A stretch of 63,400 nucleotides of DNA, counting the filler, from Octopus bimaculoides (Eukaryota), in assembly GCF_001194135.2 (NCBI RefSeq). It is 7 parts of 6 records of this genome, joined end to end, with 100 filler letters (N's around TTAATTAATTAA, not from the genome) between each part and the next. Parts side by side here need not be neighbours in the genome. Positions count along the whole stretch, not along the records: positions 29,442 to 56,868 come from NC_068998.1; 6 more parts are not named here. One strand, 5' to 3'. The notes under the pieces are model-generated. The model did no database searches and had not been told where the DNA came from. It worked only from the letters and a program-made list of their open reading frames with translations. The first letter of the stretch is position 1. Each line of letters opens with the position of its first letter. Positions 39,298 through 52,572 of this stretch are shown here, in pieces. A program made the position numbers and the translations under genes.

Positions 39298-40031
39298 TAT
39301 GAAATTCAACAAGTAGTACAGCGCCTGATCATTTAAGAAAGTAACAATATTATAATAAAAATCACAAAAAAAAGCCTAGTCAATTACAGTTACCCAGGGT
39401 TTCCTGGCCAAAATATTAAATTTATTTCACCTTTAATGAGGCTAGTAAAATCAATAAGGTTTGATAGCCACATTCGCTGTAACTAAGGCTTGAATGAGCA
39501 CACACGCTGAAAAAAAAAGATGGGAAAAAATCCTGATGAGACAATTAACTGCACAGATTGATATAGGCAGTGTTTTGCAATTGTCAAAAATTTCATAAAC
39601 CAACATAGAAATGGGTTATGATGTGTCCAGTGATTTATCCTTAAGTGCCACAACAAGATATTTAGTAAAATGCACCATAGCTGTGCAGTAAGATGCTTGC
39701 TTCCCAAGAACATGGTTCTGGATTCAGTCTGACTGCGTGGCATCTTGAATAAGCATCTTCTATAGCCCAGGCTGACCAAAGCCTCATGAGTGGATTTAAC
39801 TGATGGAAACTGAAAGAAGCTTATTTATAATGTGTGTGTGTGTGTGTGTGTGTGATGGGTGTCCTCTCATGACTGAAGAAGACTGTCAATGCTTGCGCAT
39901 AAGTTTATTGCTCATGCCTGCAGCTTCCATGCTTACTGTGAAACCCTACTTGTGCCACACAGTAGGATTGAACCTAAGGCCATGGTTAGGAAAAAAGCTT
40001 CTTAACCACACAGCTGTACCTGTGTCCACTT

Positions 40032-40077
<46 letters not shown>

Positions 40078-40099
40078 GGCAAATGAAAGGGTTTTATCC

Positions 40100-40135
<36 letters not shown>

Positions 40136-41065
40136 TAACAACATGAAGCGGTATTTTTTAAATTGAAAGTGAACACACTATAAACGAGATTATGCAAATT
40201 TATTTAATCAAACTATGGTCCATTATGTTCAATTGTCTTTTGTCAATGTGACGTTAAATTAGATATTCCTATTTTACTTTAAAAAACCTCTGTCTTTTGT
40301 GACTAAGAAAAAAGTAGAACTACTTGAAAGCTTCAACTACAGCTTCTAGATATGTAAATCTTTTATTACATATAAACGGCTGCAAGTGTCTGAAAGAATG
40401 AAATGTCTAGTGGAGATGTCTAGAGAGTATGTTAGGTGTTACAAAATTTCATATCCTAGCTCTGTTAATTTCAGAAGAATGATTTAGAATTGTGTGATTA
40501 AGTGTTGTCATGCAACGGAATTTGTCCAAGTCAGTTAATTAACTGGTCTTGGGTGTTTTTGCGATTTCAGTTTTTCATACATATGGCTAATCTCTGACAT
40601 TATGAGTTTGCAGTCATTGATCCTGCTTGTTGAAAAAAAAAAAAAAATGTGGCTTATGCCATATAGTCACTACAAACATTTGTGGGATTCAGTAGTTATG
40701 CTAGAAAATGTTTTGTAAACTCATTTGCACCCATCAATAGCTTTTGGAGATTTGTCTGCATCTAACGACTGTCTGAGATGATAATTAATATTGTCAATCA
40801 ATTTCTAGTCACAGGTAATTCTTTTACTTGTTTCAGTCATTGAATTGCAGCTATGCTGGGGCACCACTTCAAAGGGTTTTAGTCAAACAAATTGACCCTT
40901 GTACAGATTTTTTCAGTCTAATACTTGTTCTATTGTCCCTTTTGCTGAACTGCTATATTATGGGAATGTAGACAAACTAAGGTTGTTAAGTGATGGTGCA
41001 GGGTCAAACACAAAGTCAAAGACACACACACATACATGCATATGTGTGTGTGTGTGTGTGTATGT

Positions 41066-41129
<64 letters not shown>

Positions 41130-41873
41130 ATAGGTTCCACACTGTCTCTGTGTCTATGAAATTTACTCACAAGGTGTTGGTTGGCCTAGGGTTATAGTTG
41201 AAGACATTTGTCCAAAGTGCCAAGCTGTGGGACAGAACCCAAAACCACATGGTTGCAAAGCAAGCTTCTGAACCACATGGCCATGTCTTAATGATGTGGT
41301 CACAAAATTAATTATTGGATGTCACAATCAAGGATGTTCACTAATTCAAATGATGCCCATTTATCCAAATTTTTCACTTTTTTGATGGCACACAAATGGC
41401 CAGGAAATAGTTTTAGAGGACATTGTCAAATCTGCTGTAAATTGTGGAACTGTTGTTTGTCAAGAGGTCTTTTTCCAGTAGTTGTCTTGCTTCAACAAAC
41501 TGAATGGTCTTGTATCCAGTGCAAAATATTTAGAAACACTGCTGCACCGTTTGCTGGCTAACATAAATCTCTCCAAATGCCATTTAGTCATATCAAGTCT
41601 TAAACTGAACTGATAAAAAACAAAGTATTACTTGTACTGACATTCTGTCAGTTGCGACATTGAGTGTTCCAGTTGTTCCAATCAATGGAACAGCTCGCTC
41701 GTGAAATTAATGTGCAAGTGGCTGAGCACTCCACAGACATGCATAACCTTAATGAAGTTCTCAGGGAGATTCAACATGACACAGAATATGATAAGGCTGG
41801 CCCCTTTGAATAACAGGTACAACTCATTTTTGATGAACAACACGAGATAAAGCATCATGTTCGAGGACACAAT

Positions 41874-42256
41874 TTGTTGGCACTCCGTCGCTTACGACGT
41901 CGAGGGTTCCAGTTGATCTGATCAACGGAACAGCCTGCTCGTGAAATTAACGTGCAAGTGGCTGAGCACTCCACAGACACGTGTACCCTTAACGTAGTTC
42001 TCGGAGATATTCAGCGTGAAACAGTGTGACAAGGCTGACTCTTTGAATTACAGGCACAACAGAAACAGGAAGTAAGAGTGAGAGAAAGTTGTGGTGAAAG
42101 AGTACAGCAGGGTTCACCATCATCCCCTGCCGGAGCCTCGTGGAGCTTTAGGTGCTTTCGCTCAATAAACACTCACAATGTCCGGTCTGGGAATCGAAAC
42201 CGCGATCCTATGACCTCGAGTCTGCTGCTCTAACCACTGGGCCATTGTGCCTCCAC
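41874..42256 (-). mobile_element. Composite tRNA-SINE (family-A head plus family-C tail) nested in an older family-C SINE
   Basis: Head aligns with 157-340 and tail aligns with 4465-4632. 12-bp TSD cgaggacacaat at 41862-41873 and 42257-42268. Confidence 0.85.
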
Positions 42257-43269
42257 CGAGGACACAATATGCTGCCAGGAACTGAACTCAGAATCGTGAG
42301 TCAAATATCCTAAAAACAAAGTCATACATCTGTTTGTACAATGGCTACCATATCAATGAGTGGTACAACATCAATGCATACTAAATAGATACCACCTGGA
42401 AAGAGAAGCCAAATGAATACAAAACTTAACCAAGCAATACAAAGTAAATTAATTTACCAGCTTCTGTCTATAACATGTTTAATCATAATGTTAAACTGCT
42501 TCATATTGGAAAATATTTCATGTGGTGTGCCTTAATATATTTCTGACATTCATCTCTGTCACTGTACATCTCTCCCATTCCTGCCCCTACCTTCACTCTC
42601 ATTAACATATTTTCTGATTTACTAACAGGTTTGTTATACTGCTGCTCTCCTCTTTCCCACTATTTACTTTCTCCTTTCTGAGTCATTTCTATTTCTTTCA
42701 CTCCATCCATCACCACACTGACATTTACCAGTGACCACATCTCCACCCTCATTTCATTTAATACATTCACCTCTATGTTCATCTGTAACCATTGGTCACT
42801 CTCCTCTCACACTCTAATGAACTTATCCACTCACTTTTCTTGAGTCGTTGTCCGTATCCTCTCCTACATTCACTTTGCATCTTGAAAACACTCTGACACC
42901 TCATCAGTATCATCATTACCTTCTTTCCAGCTATTTGTTCTTGTATAATGCTGGGTAGCCATCTTTTCTTCAATAGTAAGACACCTGTGCTTGTCCCTTT
43001 ATCATAATTTAGTCTCTTAACACCTAGCATAATGCAACCGCCCTCTCTACTATACCCCTACACAGTAGATGGTCCTTTCTTTGTCTTGCAAGTTACTTCA
43101 CAACCTCACTAATGCCAGTGACACATAAAAAAGCACCTGGTACACTCTGTAAAGTAGCCGGCATTAGGAAAGGCATCCAGCCATAAAAACATGTTAAAAT
43201 AACTTGTTTGGATCCTGCCATACCATCCAGCCCATGCTAGTTTGGAAGATGAACATTAAATGATTATCA

Positions 43270-43328
<59 letters not shown>

Positions 43329-43334
<6 letters not shown>

Positions 43335-44340
43335 GTCATTAAGAATGAAATGTTCGATTTTGAACTGAAAGTTTATTTTACTTTATCTCAACAAAAAGTA
43401 ATGCAGTTAATCAAAGTATGCACCTAAATATTCAACACAATTTTGCTATTTTATCTGTAGCTTATTTATGCTGGCAGCAAAGAATTCTGGAGAGCAATTC
43501 TGAAATCACGAAAGGTTTTTTTTTTGCATCATCTTCAGATTTGAAGTTTTTTCCTTGCAAAATGTTGTCTAATGCCTAGAAAATGTGATAGTCAGTTGGT
43601 GCAAGGTCTGGTGAATATGGTGGATGACAGAGTACTTCTAAATTCAGTTCCTGTAACTTGAGTAGTATTCTTTGCGCAACATGTGGTCGAGCATTGTCTT
43701 GCAAGAGAATTGACCTGTCTCTGTTGACCAATTCTGGTAGTTTAATTGCACGTTCACTCATCATTTCATCCAATTGGTTGATGTGTACATCTGCTGTAAT
43801 TGACTTACCAGGTTTCATGAAGCTGTAGTAGATGAGACCAGCGCTAGACCACCAAACAGACACCTTTAGCTTTTTTTGGTGAATATTCTTTCTTGGATTG
43901 TGTTTTGGCACTTTGTTCCTATCATGCAGAATACTTGCTATTGTTGAAAAGAATCCATTTTTCATCACATGTAACAATACGATGCAAAAATAGTTCGTTT
44001 TTATATGGTGACAGCAAAGAACAGCAAGTTTCAAGACGACATGTCATATTTGATGCTTGTTCAGTTCATGTGGTAGTCACTTGTCCAACTTCTATACCTT
44101 GCCGATTTGTTACAGATGGTCCTATATAGTTGGAATTGAAACATCAAACCTTGCCGCTAACTCACACATAGTTTGAGATGTATCCACTTCCATTACGGTT
44201 TCCAGCTCATCATTATCTGCCTTGGTCTCAGGTCTACCACGGGGCTGATTTTCAAGAGTAAGGTCAGCAGACCAGAACTTCTCAGACCATCAACTTACAG
44301 TGTGCTCATTTAGCAAACATCGTTGTAATTTCATCTGATG
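43329..44340 (-). pseudogene. Mariner transposase remnant (cecropia/Hsmar1-like) with 3' terminal inverted repeat
   Basis: Degenerate RGRPETKADNDEL..RFDVSIPTI..PHELN, then KKLKVSVWWS..ILLQDNARPHVA..HPPYSPDLAPTDYHIF with several stops. TA|TCAGGTCATTAAG.. TIR-like end at 43329. Confidence 0.9.
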
Positions 44341-44450
44341 TTATTGCATCATTCCATGTCCATTAGGGAGCAGTGCATCTTGAAGATGAACCAATTGTTG
44401 TGCTAATATAAATTTTTTTGTTGGTACATTCTGTCTTCTCTTTTTATCTT

Positions 44451-44491
<41 letters not shown>

Positions 44492-46405
44492 TACACTATG
44501 ACTTCAGAAAAAATATTTTCAGCGCAAAATATACACAATATAAATCTCAACATATTAATCTACATTCTCCATATGTTTAATAACGAACCATGTAATTCAC
44601 ACTCTGGAAAGTGTATTTATGTAAAATGTTGGGAGTGTGTGTGTGTGTTTGGGGTGGGGGTGGGGGTGCGGTTCCCCACCCATGCCTTTCTTTCAAACAA
44701 AAATAAGGGCTTTGCAGCATATTAGGTCAGGGTACTTGATTCCATGCATAAAATCCGAGATTTTTTTCTTAATGAAAATCGTGCGGGTGAAAGTATCAAA
44801 ATATACCCGAGCTTCTTCCAGGTCCATCAACCAAATCCACTGACAAGACACATGCCCAAGTTGCAACGCAGTGGGATTGAACCCAGACCCATGTGGTTGG
44901 AAAACAAGCTTCTTACCACACAGCCACGACAATGTTAACAACTTTGAAAAGGTTGCAAGCGCAACGAAAGTTTTAGACAAGATAAATAAGTAAATGAGTG
45001 GAAATTGAACCGATGTGTTAAGTAAATAAGGCACTAAAAGAGAATGACTCTCACCAGACAATAAAATATGCTTCAACACACGAATTCACATAAAGAACCT
45101 TGCAAACCAAATGCAAAAACGAAATTAGAAATATTATTTAANNNNNNNNNNNNNNNNNNNNNNNNNNNNNNNNNNNNNNNNNNNNNNNNNNNNNNNNNNN
45201 NNNNNNNNNNNNNNNNNNNNNNNNNNNNNNNNNNNNNNNNNNNNNNNNNNNNNNNNNNNNNNNNNNNNNNNNNNNNNNNNNNNNNNNNNNNNNNNNNNNN
45301 NNNNNNNNNNNNNNNNNNNNNNNNNNNNNNNNNNNNNNNNNNNNNNNNNNNNNNNNNNNNNNNNNNNNNNNNNNNNNNNNNNNNNNNNNNNNNNNNNNNN
45401 NNNNNNNNNNNNNNNNNNNNNNNNNNNNNNNNNNNNNNNNNNNNNNNNNNNNNNNNNNNNNNNNNNNNNNNNNNNNNNNNNNNNNNNNNNNNNNNNNNNN
45501 NNNNNNNNNNNNNNNNNNNNNNNNNNNNNNNNNNNNNNNNNNNNNNNNNNNNNNNNNNNNNNNNNNNNNNNNNNNNNNNNNNNNNNNNNNNNNNNNNNNN
45601 NNNNNNNNNNNNNNNNNNNNNNNNNNNNNNNNNNNNNNNNNNNNNNNNNNNNNNNNNNNNNNNNNNNNNNNNNNNNNNNNNNNNNNNNNNNNNNNNNNNN
45701 NNNNNNNNNNNNNNNNNNNNNNNNNNNNNNNNNNNNNNNNNNNNNNNNNNNNNNNNNNNNNNNNNNNNNNNNNNNNNNNNNNNNNNNNNNNNNNNNNNNN
45801 NNNNNNNNNNNNNNNNNNNNNNNNNNNNNNNNNNNNNNGTTTTAGACAAGATAAATAAGTAAATGAGTGGAAATTGAACCGATGTGTTAAGTAAATAAGG
45901 CACTAAAAGAGAATGACTCTCACCAGACAATAAAATATGCTTCAACACACGAATTCACATAAAGAACCTTGCAAACCAAATGCAAAAACGAAATTAGAAA
46001 TATTATTTAAAAGTTTATTCCTTCTGTACGACCTTGTATTACATGATGCGCGACACTGGTTGGAGACCCCTGCACTACAAATCTCCTCGGAGGTCCACAA
46101 TGGAGTATTACCCTCCTCGCATTTGGAGTGGTGCTTTTGCTGCACACAGTCATATTAGGCAGTACCTGGTATAAAAAGCCACACGCACGATTGTCTTTCG
46201 CCATAAGCGAGCTACGTCTTCTCTCTACACTCAGGGAACGGCTGGATTCATGCCATCTTCACTCAACCATTAGTCCCAGTCGACGCTCTTTTCTCATGAT
46301 GCTTGTTCTACCCAATCTCTTAGGCCCCATACGATTCACTACATTCTGCCATTTCTCTTCAGAACTTTGTGTGGATTTTGTGCGGTTAGACGATTGTTTA
46401 CAATT

Positions 46406-48115
46406 TACAGTAACACGATTGTTTACAATGAAATATTGTGTGTGTATATATCGAGAGTGAATTATCGTTTCTGGTTGGAACCTCCAGGTTTCCTGTCCTG
46501 AAATTGCCTGGCTAAGAGTTCATACGGTTGAAGGAACAATACCGGACACCTTGTAACTATGTTATGGTACCAACCAGCATGTTACAGAGGGTGTTTAAGA
46601 ACTCAAAGGTGCATAAAACGGCAGACCCACACAATTGTGTCCCCGACTTTGTTTCCTGATAACTTCCAGTAAAATGGGTATATTTTTGATGAAATTTTCT
46701 ACAAATATCTCTCAGATGGTGTACATTAGATTATATCGGAATTTAATGTGAAAAAAAGAAAAAATTCGAGACATGCACACATATTTTCTGACACACATAA
46801 CATATTGATGCGACCGCTAAAAAAACAAAATAACGTTATGTCCCTATTCCACGAGCTGAGTTTGAAACCGTTTCTAGTTGTTCAGGACATTGGTATTTCC
46901 TTTGTCCTGTCAACGAGCACGGTTATTTNNNNNNNNNNAACCGTTTCTAGTTGTTCAGGACATTGGTATTTCCTTTGTCCTGTCAACGAGCACGGTTATT
47001 TATAGCGTAGGAGTGTGATCTCTGACCCTTTCCGGTCATCGAAAGTTAAAAAAACAAATAGGAACTGTACTAAACTGACCCAACTTTGGAGGGGAGAACG
47101 CAGCACTGTGAGCTACGGTATCTGTTATAAATACGGGAGCATAGATTTGGGAATCGCAGTTGGTGTAAACACAGCAGCCGGTGAAGAACGAGTGGAGTGA
47201 CAGCAGCGGTCAGCCAGATGGACAGAGCGGTCGGTGATAAGTCTGACAGAAAGAGGCTATTGACAGAAGGCACCAATGATCGAAATGGATAGAGTCAGCG
47301 AGAGAGGAGGAGCTGTGGTGGCAGGCAAAAGTGAGTGGCAGATTGTAGTAGACTACGTTGGTCAGTTCTTGTCGATTGTAGTGGTTGATTTGAATTTGTT
47401 ACGGTAAATGTCTGCTTCTATTTTTAAAGAAAAATGTACTTTGTTGTTACATGTTGTTAAAAGAAAAAGAACTTTGTTAACTCTTGTTAATTGTGATGTT
47501 AACTGGTTGAAAAGAAAAAAAAGAAGAACTTGTGTTAACTGTGTTAAAAGAAAAGAAAAACATAAGAAGCAGAAGAACTCTCAAATGACTCTTGATACAC
47601 GAACTTTGATTATGTAATGATTGAAAACCTTTGTAATGTTAAATGCTTGAAAACTCGATTGTTAAATGTTACATGTGTTATTTCAAAAGCATGAATTATT
47701 GTTATGCAATGTTGTTTTGTTTTGTATTGAAAAAACAGTTAGTTTGACTACTCAACGTATGGTCTGTGTTATTTCTTCCTTTCTGTTGTCATCGTTACGT
47801 GCTCCGCCGGAGTTTAGTGGCGAACATCCTGGATCACTGAGCGTCTTAGTTCGCGCGCGCGAGAGTTTCCTCTTCGTTGAGGTGCTTCGCGCGGGCGTTC
47901 GTAACAATATATATCTAGAAAATGAATCTTGAATCTTTGAAAATAGATGTGATGTGTGTCAATATATATGTGTGCGACCTCTATTCTTTTTTTTTTTCAC
48001 ATTAAAATTTCGATTTAGTCGTAATGTACACCATCTGAGAGGTTATTTGTAGAATATTTCCTTCAAAGACGTCCATTTTTTTTATGAGCGTTATGAGGAA
48101 ACAATTGTGTGGAGG
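46406..48115. mobile_element. Composite element with ~140-bp imperfect inverted ends, copy 1
   Basis: 46629-46785 (cacaattgt..ttcctgataac..ctctcagatggtgtacatta..aatttaatgtgaaaaaaa) is the reverse complement of ~47960-48110. Homologous to 49922-51420. Confidence 0.7.
47126..47409 (+). promoter_or_regulatory. TATA box, Inr-like site and splice donor inside copy 1 (same arrangement at 50557-50867)
   Basis: TATAAATA at 47126-47133, GCAGTT with A at 47158 (32 nt downstream), ttacg|GTAAAT donor at 47404. Confidence 0.4.
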
Positions 48116-48493
48116 GCACACCTGTGAGAGTCTGCTCAAAATATCCCCACAAACACCAAAAACAAGGTGAAGATGACTCTGACTTCACTCTAGTCTTCAG
48201 GTGTTCGGGTGCGTCCCCCGGCGCACACATTCCCTAGCCTCTAATCACCGCAAAAGGTTGAAAGAGACTGAATATTATTTCAAACGAAAGCCTTGCAGAA
48301 AACGTTTCCGATATTGTGACGTCATAATGACAATATGAAGAAATATAGAAATCTCTGGACTTGAGAAATTGTTGAATGAATTTCACACATAGACGCCACA
48401 CGCGCAGGCACACGATAGCACATATATGTACACAAACAAATATTTACATATGTAATGTATGCATTTACATTTATGTGTATGTGTGTACTCATC

Positions 48494-48530
<37 letters not shown>

Positions 48531-48567
48531 ATACCTACCTATCTGTTTATCAACATATACAGATATA

Positions 48568-48775
48568 AAGGCGGCGGACTGGCAGAATCGTTAGCGCGCC
48601 GGGCGAAATGCTTAGCGGTATTTCGTCTGCCGTTACGTTCTGAGTTCAAATTCCACCGAGGTCGACTTTGCTTTTTAACCTTCGGGGTTGATAAATTGCC
48701 AGTTGCGTACTGGGGTCAATCTAATCGGCTGGCCTCCTCCCCAAAATTTTCGGGCCTTGTGACAAGAGTAAAAAA
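48568..48775 (+). mobile_element. tRNA-derived SINE family B (most abundant). Other copies at ~2058-2290 (+), 2600-3720 (several, -), 4075-4352 (-), 4670-4835 (-), 6350-6640 (-), 7220-7615 (2x, +), 23225-23665 (2x, -), 34070-34250 (-), 48780-48975 (+), 49665-49860 (+)
   Basis: Consensus ggcggcgagctggcagaatcgttagc..tctgagttcaaattccgccgaggtcgactttgcctttcatcctttcggggtcgataaaataagtaccag..gccttgtgccaaa recurs throughout. Confidence 0.85.
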
Positions 48776-49039
48776 GAATGGTTAGCATGCCGGACAAAAT
48801 GACTAACGGCATTTCTTTCGTCTTTACCCTATGAGTTCATTACCACCGGAGTCGGCTTTGTCTTTCATCCGTTCAAGGTCAATAAAATGAGTATCAGTTG
48901 AACACTGGCGTCAATATCATCGTGTTTCCCCCTCCACTGAAATTGCTGATCTTGTGCCAAAATTTGAAACCAATATATACAGGTGTATGTGTTTATGTGT
49001 ATGGATTATTTGTGTAGGTAAATCTCGACTTATCTTTTG

Positions 49040-49416
49040 CACCCGCTTAATTCCTGAGAGTGTTATAGGGGAAGAGACCTCGAGCCCGTCTTCCATCGGG
49101 TTCCGTCAGAAGCAACCGACTCCAATTGAAACTGCTGGAACCCCAAACAAGACCAACTGACCGCATGGGTGCTATCTAAACCACTTACTCATGGTCTACC
49201 CCTGGGATTCTTACCGCTTTTTTACCTTTTGCCCATAAAACCTGTTCATCGATTCTTTCCTGAGGCATTCTTACCACATTTCCGTAGTATCGGAGCTGTG
49301 ATCTCCCAACTCGGAGTAGAGGCTCTACCTGGAACACATCTCTGATGTCCAGGCTACGCACTCAATAGAGTAACGTATCTCCAAAAACTCTTCGGAAAAA
49401 CCCCATTACGGCCGTT
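49040..49416 (-). mobile_element. RTE-clade LINE 3' fragment, a different family (Expander/RTE-1-like)
   Basis: TAVMGFFRRVFGDTLLY*VRSLDIRDVFQVEPLLRVGRSQLRYYGNVVRMPQERI..RGRP..WLDST. Confidence 0.8.
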
Positions 49417-49921
49417 TGTATTTTATTTTTAATTCATTGACTAATTGTAGAGAACTAATTGGGTCTGCAGCTCAAAACCAAAGAGCTTAAACAGCATGAC
49501 TACAATGTCTATAATGACTATGTCCCGCTGGTGTTTGATCAGAGGTTAAGGATAGTCAATATACCTAGATGGACTATATAGGTATAGTCCATATACCTAT
49601 GGACTATATATAATCCATATACCTATGGAGTACATGTTGAGTAACTATTATTTGTGTGCATAACGCGGTGAGCGGCAGATTGGTTAGCACGCCGACAGCA
49701 TTTCGTACACATTTGGAATCTGAGTTCAAGTTCTACCGAGGTCGAGGGTTCCCTTGACCCTTTTGTTGTTGATAAAATAAGTGTGAGGCAAGCTTTGGGG
49801 TGAACATCATCGACTACTCATTCCTACAAATTTCAAGCCTTCTTCCTATAGTAGAAAATAATATTTCATGTAAAAATTTTATTTACTGATCCTTACTATC
49901 ATGTCCACACCTCACAGTTAC

Positions 49922-51420
49922 ACCATTGTTTTCAATGAAATATTCTGTGTGAATATATCGAGAGTGAAGTATCGTTTCTGGTTGGAACCTCCAGGTTTCC
50001 TGTCCTGAAATTGCCTGGCTAAGAGTTCATACGGTTGAAGGAACAATACCGGACACCTTGTAACTATGTTATGGTACCAACCAGCATGTTACAGAGGGTG
50101 TTTAAGAACTCAAAGGTGCATAAAACGGCAGACCCACACAATTGTGTCCCCGACTTTGTTTCCTGATAACTTCCAGTGAAATGGGTATATTTTTGATGAA
50201 ATTTTCTACAAATATCTCTCTGATGGTGTACATTAGATTATATCGGAATTTAATGTGAAAAAAAGAAAAAATTCGAGACATGCACACATATTTTCTGACA
50301 CACAACATATTGATGCGACCGCCAAAAAACAAAATAACGTTATGTCCCTATTCCACGAGCTGAGTTTGAAACCGTTTCTAGTTTTCAGGATATTGGTTTT
50401 TTCTTTGTCCTGTCAACAAGCACGGTTATTTATAGCGTAGGAGTGTGATCTCTGACCCTTTCCGGTCATCGGAAGTTTAAAAAAACAAGTAGGAACTGTA
50501 CTAAACTGACCCAGCTTTGGAGGGGGTAACGTAGCACTGTGAGCTACGGTATCTGTTATAAATACGGGAGCATAGATTTGGGAATCGCAGTTGGTGTAAA
50601 CAGCAGTTGATGTAAACGCAGTTGATGTAAACACAGCAGCCAGTGAAGATGGACAGGGCAGTCGGTGTACAAGCGGTCAGCTAGTGAAGATGGACAGAGC
50701 GGTCGGTGATAAGTCTGACAGAAAGAGACAGAGAAAGAGGCTATTGGCAGAAGGCACCAATGATCGAAATGGATAGAGTCAGGCAAAAGTGAGTGGCAGA
50801 TTGTAGTAGACTGCGTTGGTCAGTTCTTGTCGATTGTAGTGGGAGATTTGAATTTGTTACGGTAAATGTCTTGCTTATAATTTTAAAGAAAAATGTACTT
50901 GCGTTGTTATATGCTTTTGTGGAGAAAAGAAAGACAAAGAACTTTGAGAGAACTTTGTTGTTACATGCTGCTAAAAGAAAAGAAAAACAAAAGAAGCAAA
51001 AGAACTTTTAAATGACTCTTGATACACGAACTTTGATTGTAAACTTTAGGATTATGTAATGATTGAAAACTTTTGTAATGTTAACTGCTTGGAAACTCTA
51101 TTGTTACATGTGTTATTTCAAAAGCAAGTACTATGTTATTGAATGTTTTGTTTTGTTTAAAAAAAAAAAGTTAGTTTGACTACGCAACGTATGGTCTGTG
51201 TTATTTCTTCTTTTCTGTTGTCATCGTTACGTGCTCCGGCTGGGCTTAGTGGCGAACATCCTGAATCACTGAGCGTCGACGTTCGCGCGCGCGAGAGTTT
51301 TCTCTTCGTTGAGGTGCTCCGCGCGGGCGTTTTTAACAATATATATCAACAAAATGAATTTTGAATCTTTGGAAATAGATGTGATGTGTGTCAATATATA
51401 TGTGTGCGCGATCTGTATTT
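49922..51420. mobile_element. Copy 2 of the composite element; right end lost in a gap
   Basis: Colinear with 46406-47980, with scattered substitutions and indels, so a real diverged duplicate rather than an assembly overlap. Confidence 0.75.
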
Positions 51421-52250
51421 NNNNNNNNNNNNNNNNNNNNNNNNNNNNNNNNNNNNNNNNNNNNNNNNNNNNNNNNNNNNNNNNNNNNNNNNNNNNNNNN
51501 NNNNNNNNNNNNNNNNNNNNNNNNNNNNNNNNNNNNNNNNNNNNNNNNNNNNNNNNNNNNNNNNNNNNNNNNNNNNNNNNNNNNNNNNNNNNNNNNNNNN
51601 NNNNNNNNNNNNNNNNNNNNNNNNNNNNNNNNNNNNNNNNNNNNNNNNNNNNNNNNNNNNNNNNNNNNNNNNNNNNNNNNNNNNNNNNNNNNNNNNNNNN
51701 NNNNNNNNNNNNNNNNNNNNNNNNNNNNNNNNNNNNNNNNNNNNNNNNNNNNNNNNNNNNNNNNNNNNNNNNNNNNNNNNNNNNNNNNNNNNNNNNNNNN
51801 NNNNNNNNNNNNNNNNNNNNNNNNNNNNNNNNNNNNNNNNNNNNNNNNNNNNNNNNNNNNNNNNNNNNNNNNNNNNNNNNNNNNNNNNNNNNNNNNNNNN
51901 NNNNNNNNNNNNNNNNNNNNNNNNNNNNNNNNNNNNNNNNNNNNNNNNNNNNNNNNNNNNNNNNNNNNNNNNNNNNNNNNNNNNNNNNNNNNNNNNNNNN
52001 NNNNNNNNNNNNNNNNNNNNNNNNNNNNNNNNNNNNNNNNNNNNNNNNNNNNNNNNNNNNNNNNNNNNNNNNNNNNNNNNNNNNNNNNNNNNNNNNNNNN
52101 NNNNNNNNNNNNNNNNNNNNNNNNNNNNNNNNNNNNNNNNNNNNNNNNNNNNNNNNNNNNNNNNNNNNNNNNNNNNNNNNNNNNNNNNNNNNNNNNNNNN
52201 NNNNNNNNNNNNNCAACAAATAAGAAAAAAAAAAAGAAAAGAAAACGAAA

Positions 52251-52572
52251 TATCAGGTTATCTAATAAGTTCTGTCTGAATTTTAAATAAAGAAAACAAG
52301 TGATCAAATGTTATATTTAACTGAAATTTAATCATCAATGTGCTTTCCCTGATTATCTATAACTTCCTTCCATCTATTTACAAGCTTTTTAATCCCATCA
52401 ATGTAAAACTCTTTTGGTTTCAAAGGGAAGAACTCTGAAATGTCAGTTTCGATCTCCTCTTGGCTTGCGAAAGTTATGTCCCCCAAATGATTCTGTAAAC
52501 TATGAAACAAATGGTAGTCTGAAGGAGCAAGGTCAGGAGAATAAGGTGAATGAGGAATTTCTTCCCAACCAT
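52251..52572 (-). pseudogene. Mariner transposase C-terminal fragment with TIR
   Basis: WEEIPHSPYSPDLAPSDYHLFHSLQNHL..GIKKLVNRWKEVIDNQGKHID; TA|TCAGGTTATCTAATAAG end at 52251. Truncated by a SINE at ~52575. Confidence 0.9.

Noticed and set aside
44970-46010. Identical ~170-bp sequence on both sides of the 45142-45838 gap; smaller cases at 46868-47000 and 24116-24165
   Set aside because: Exact duplicates flanking gaps indicate unmerged contig overlaps.
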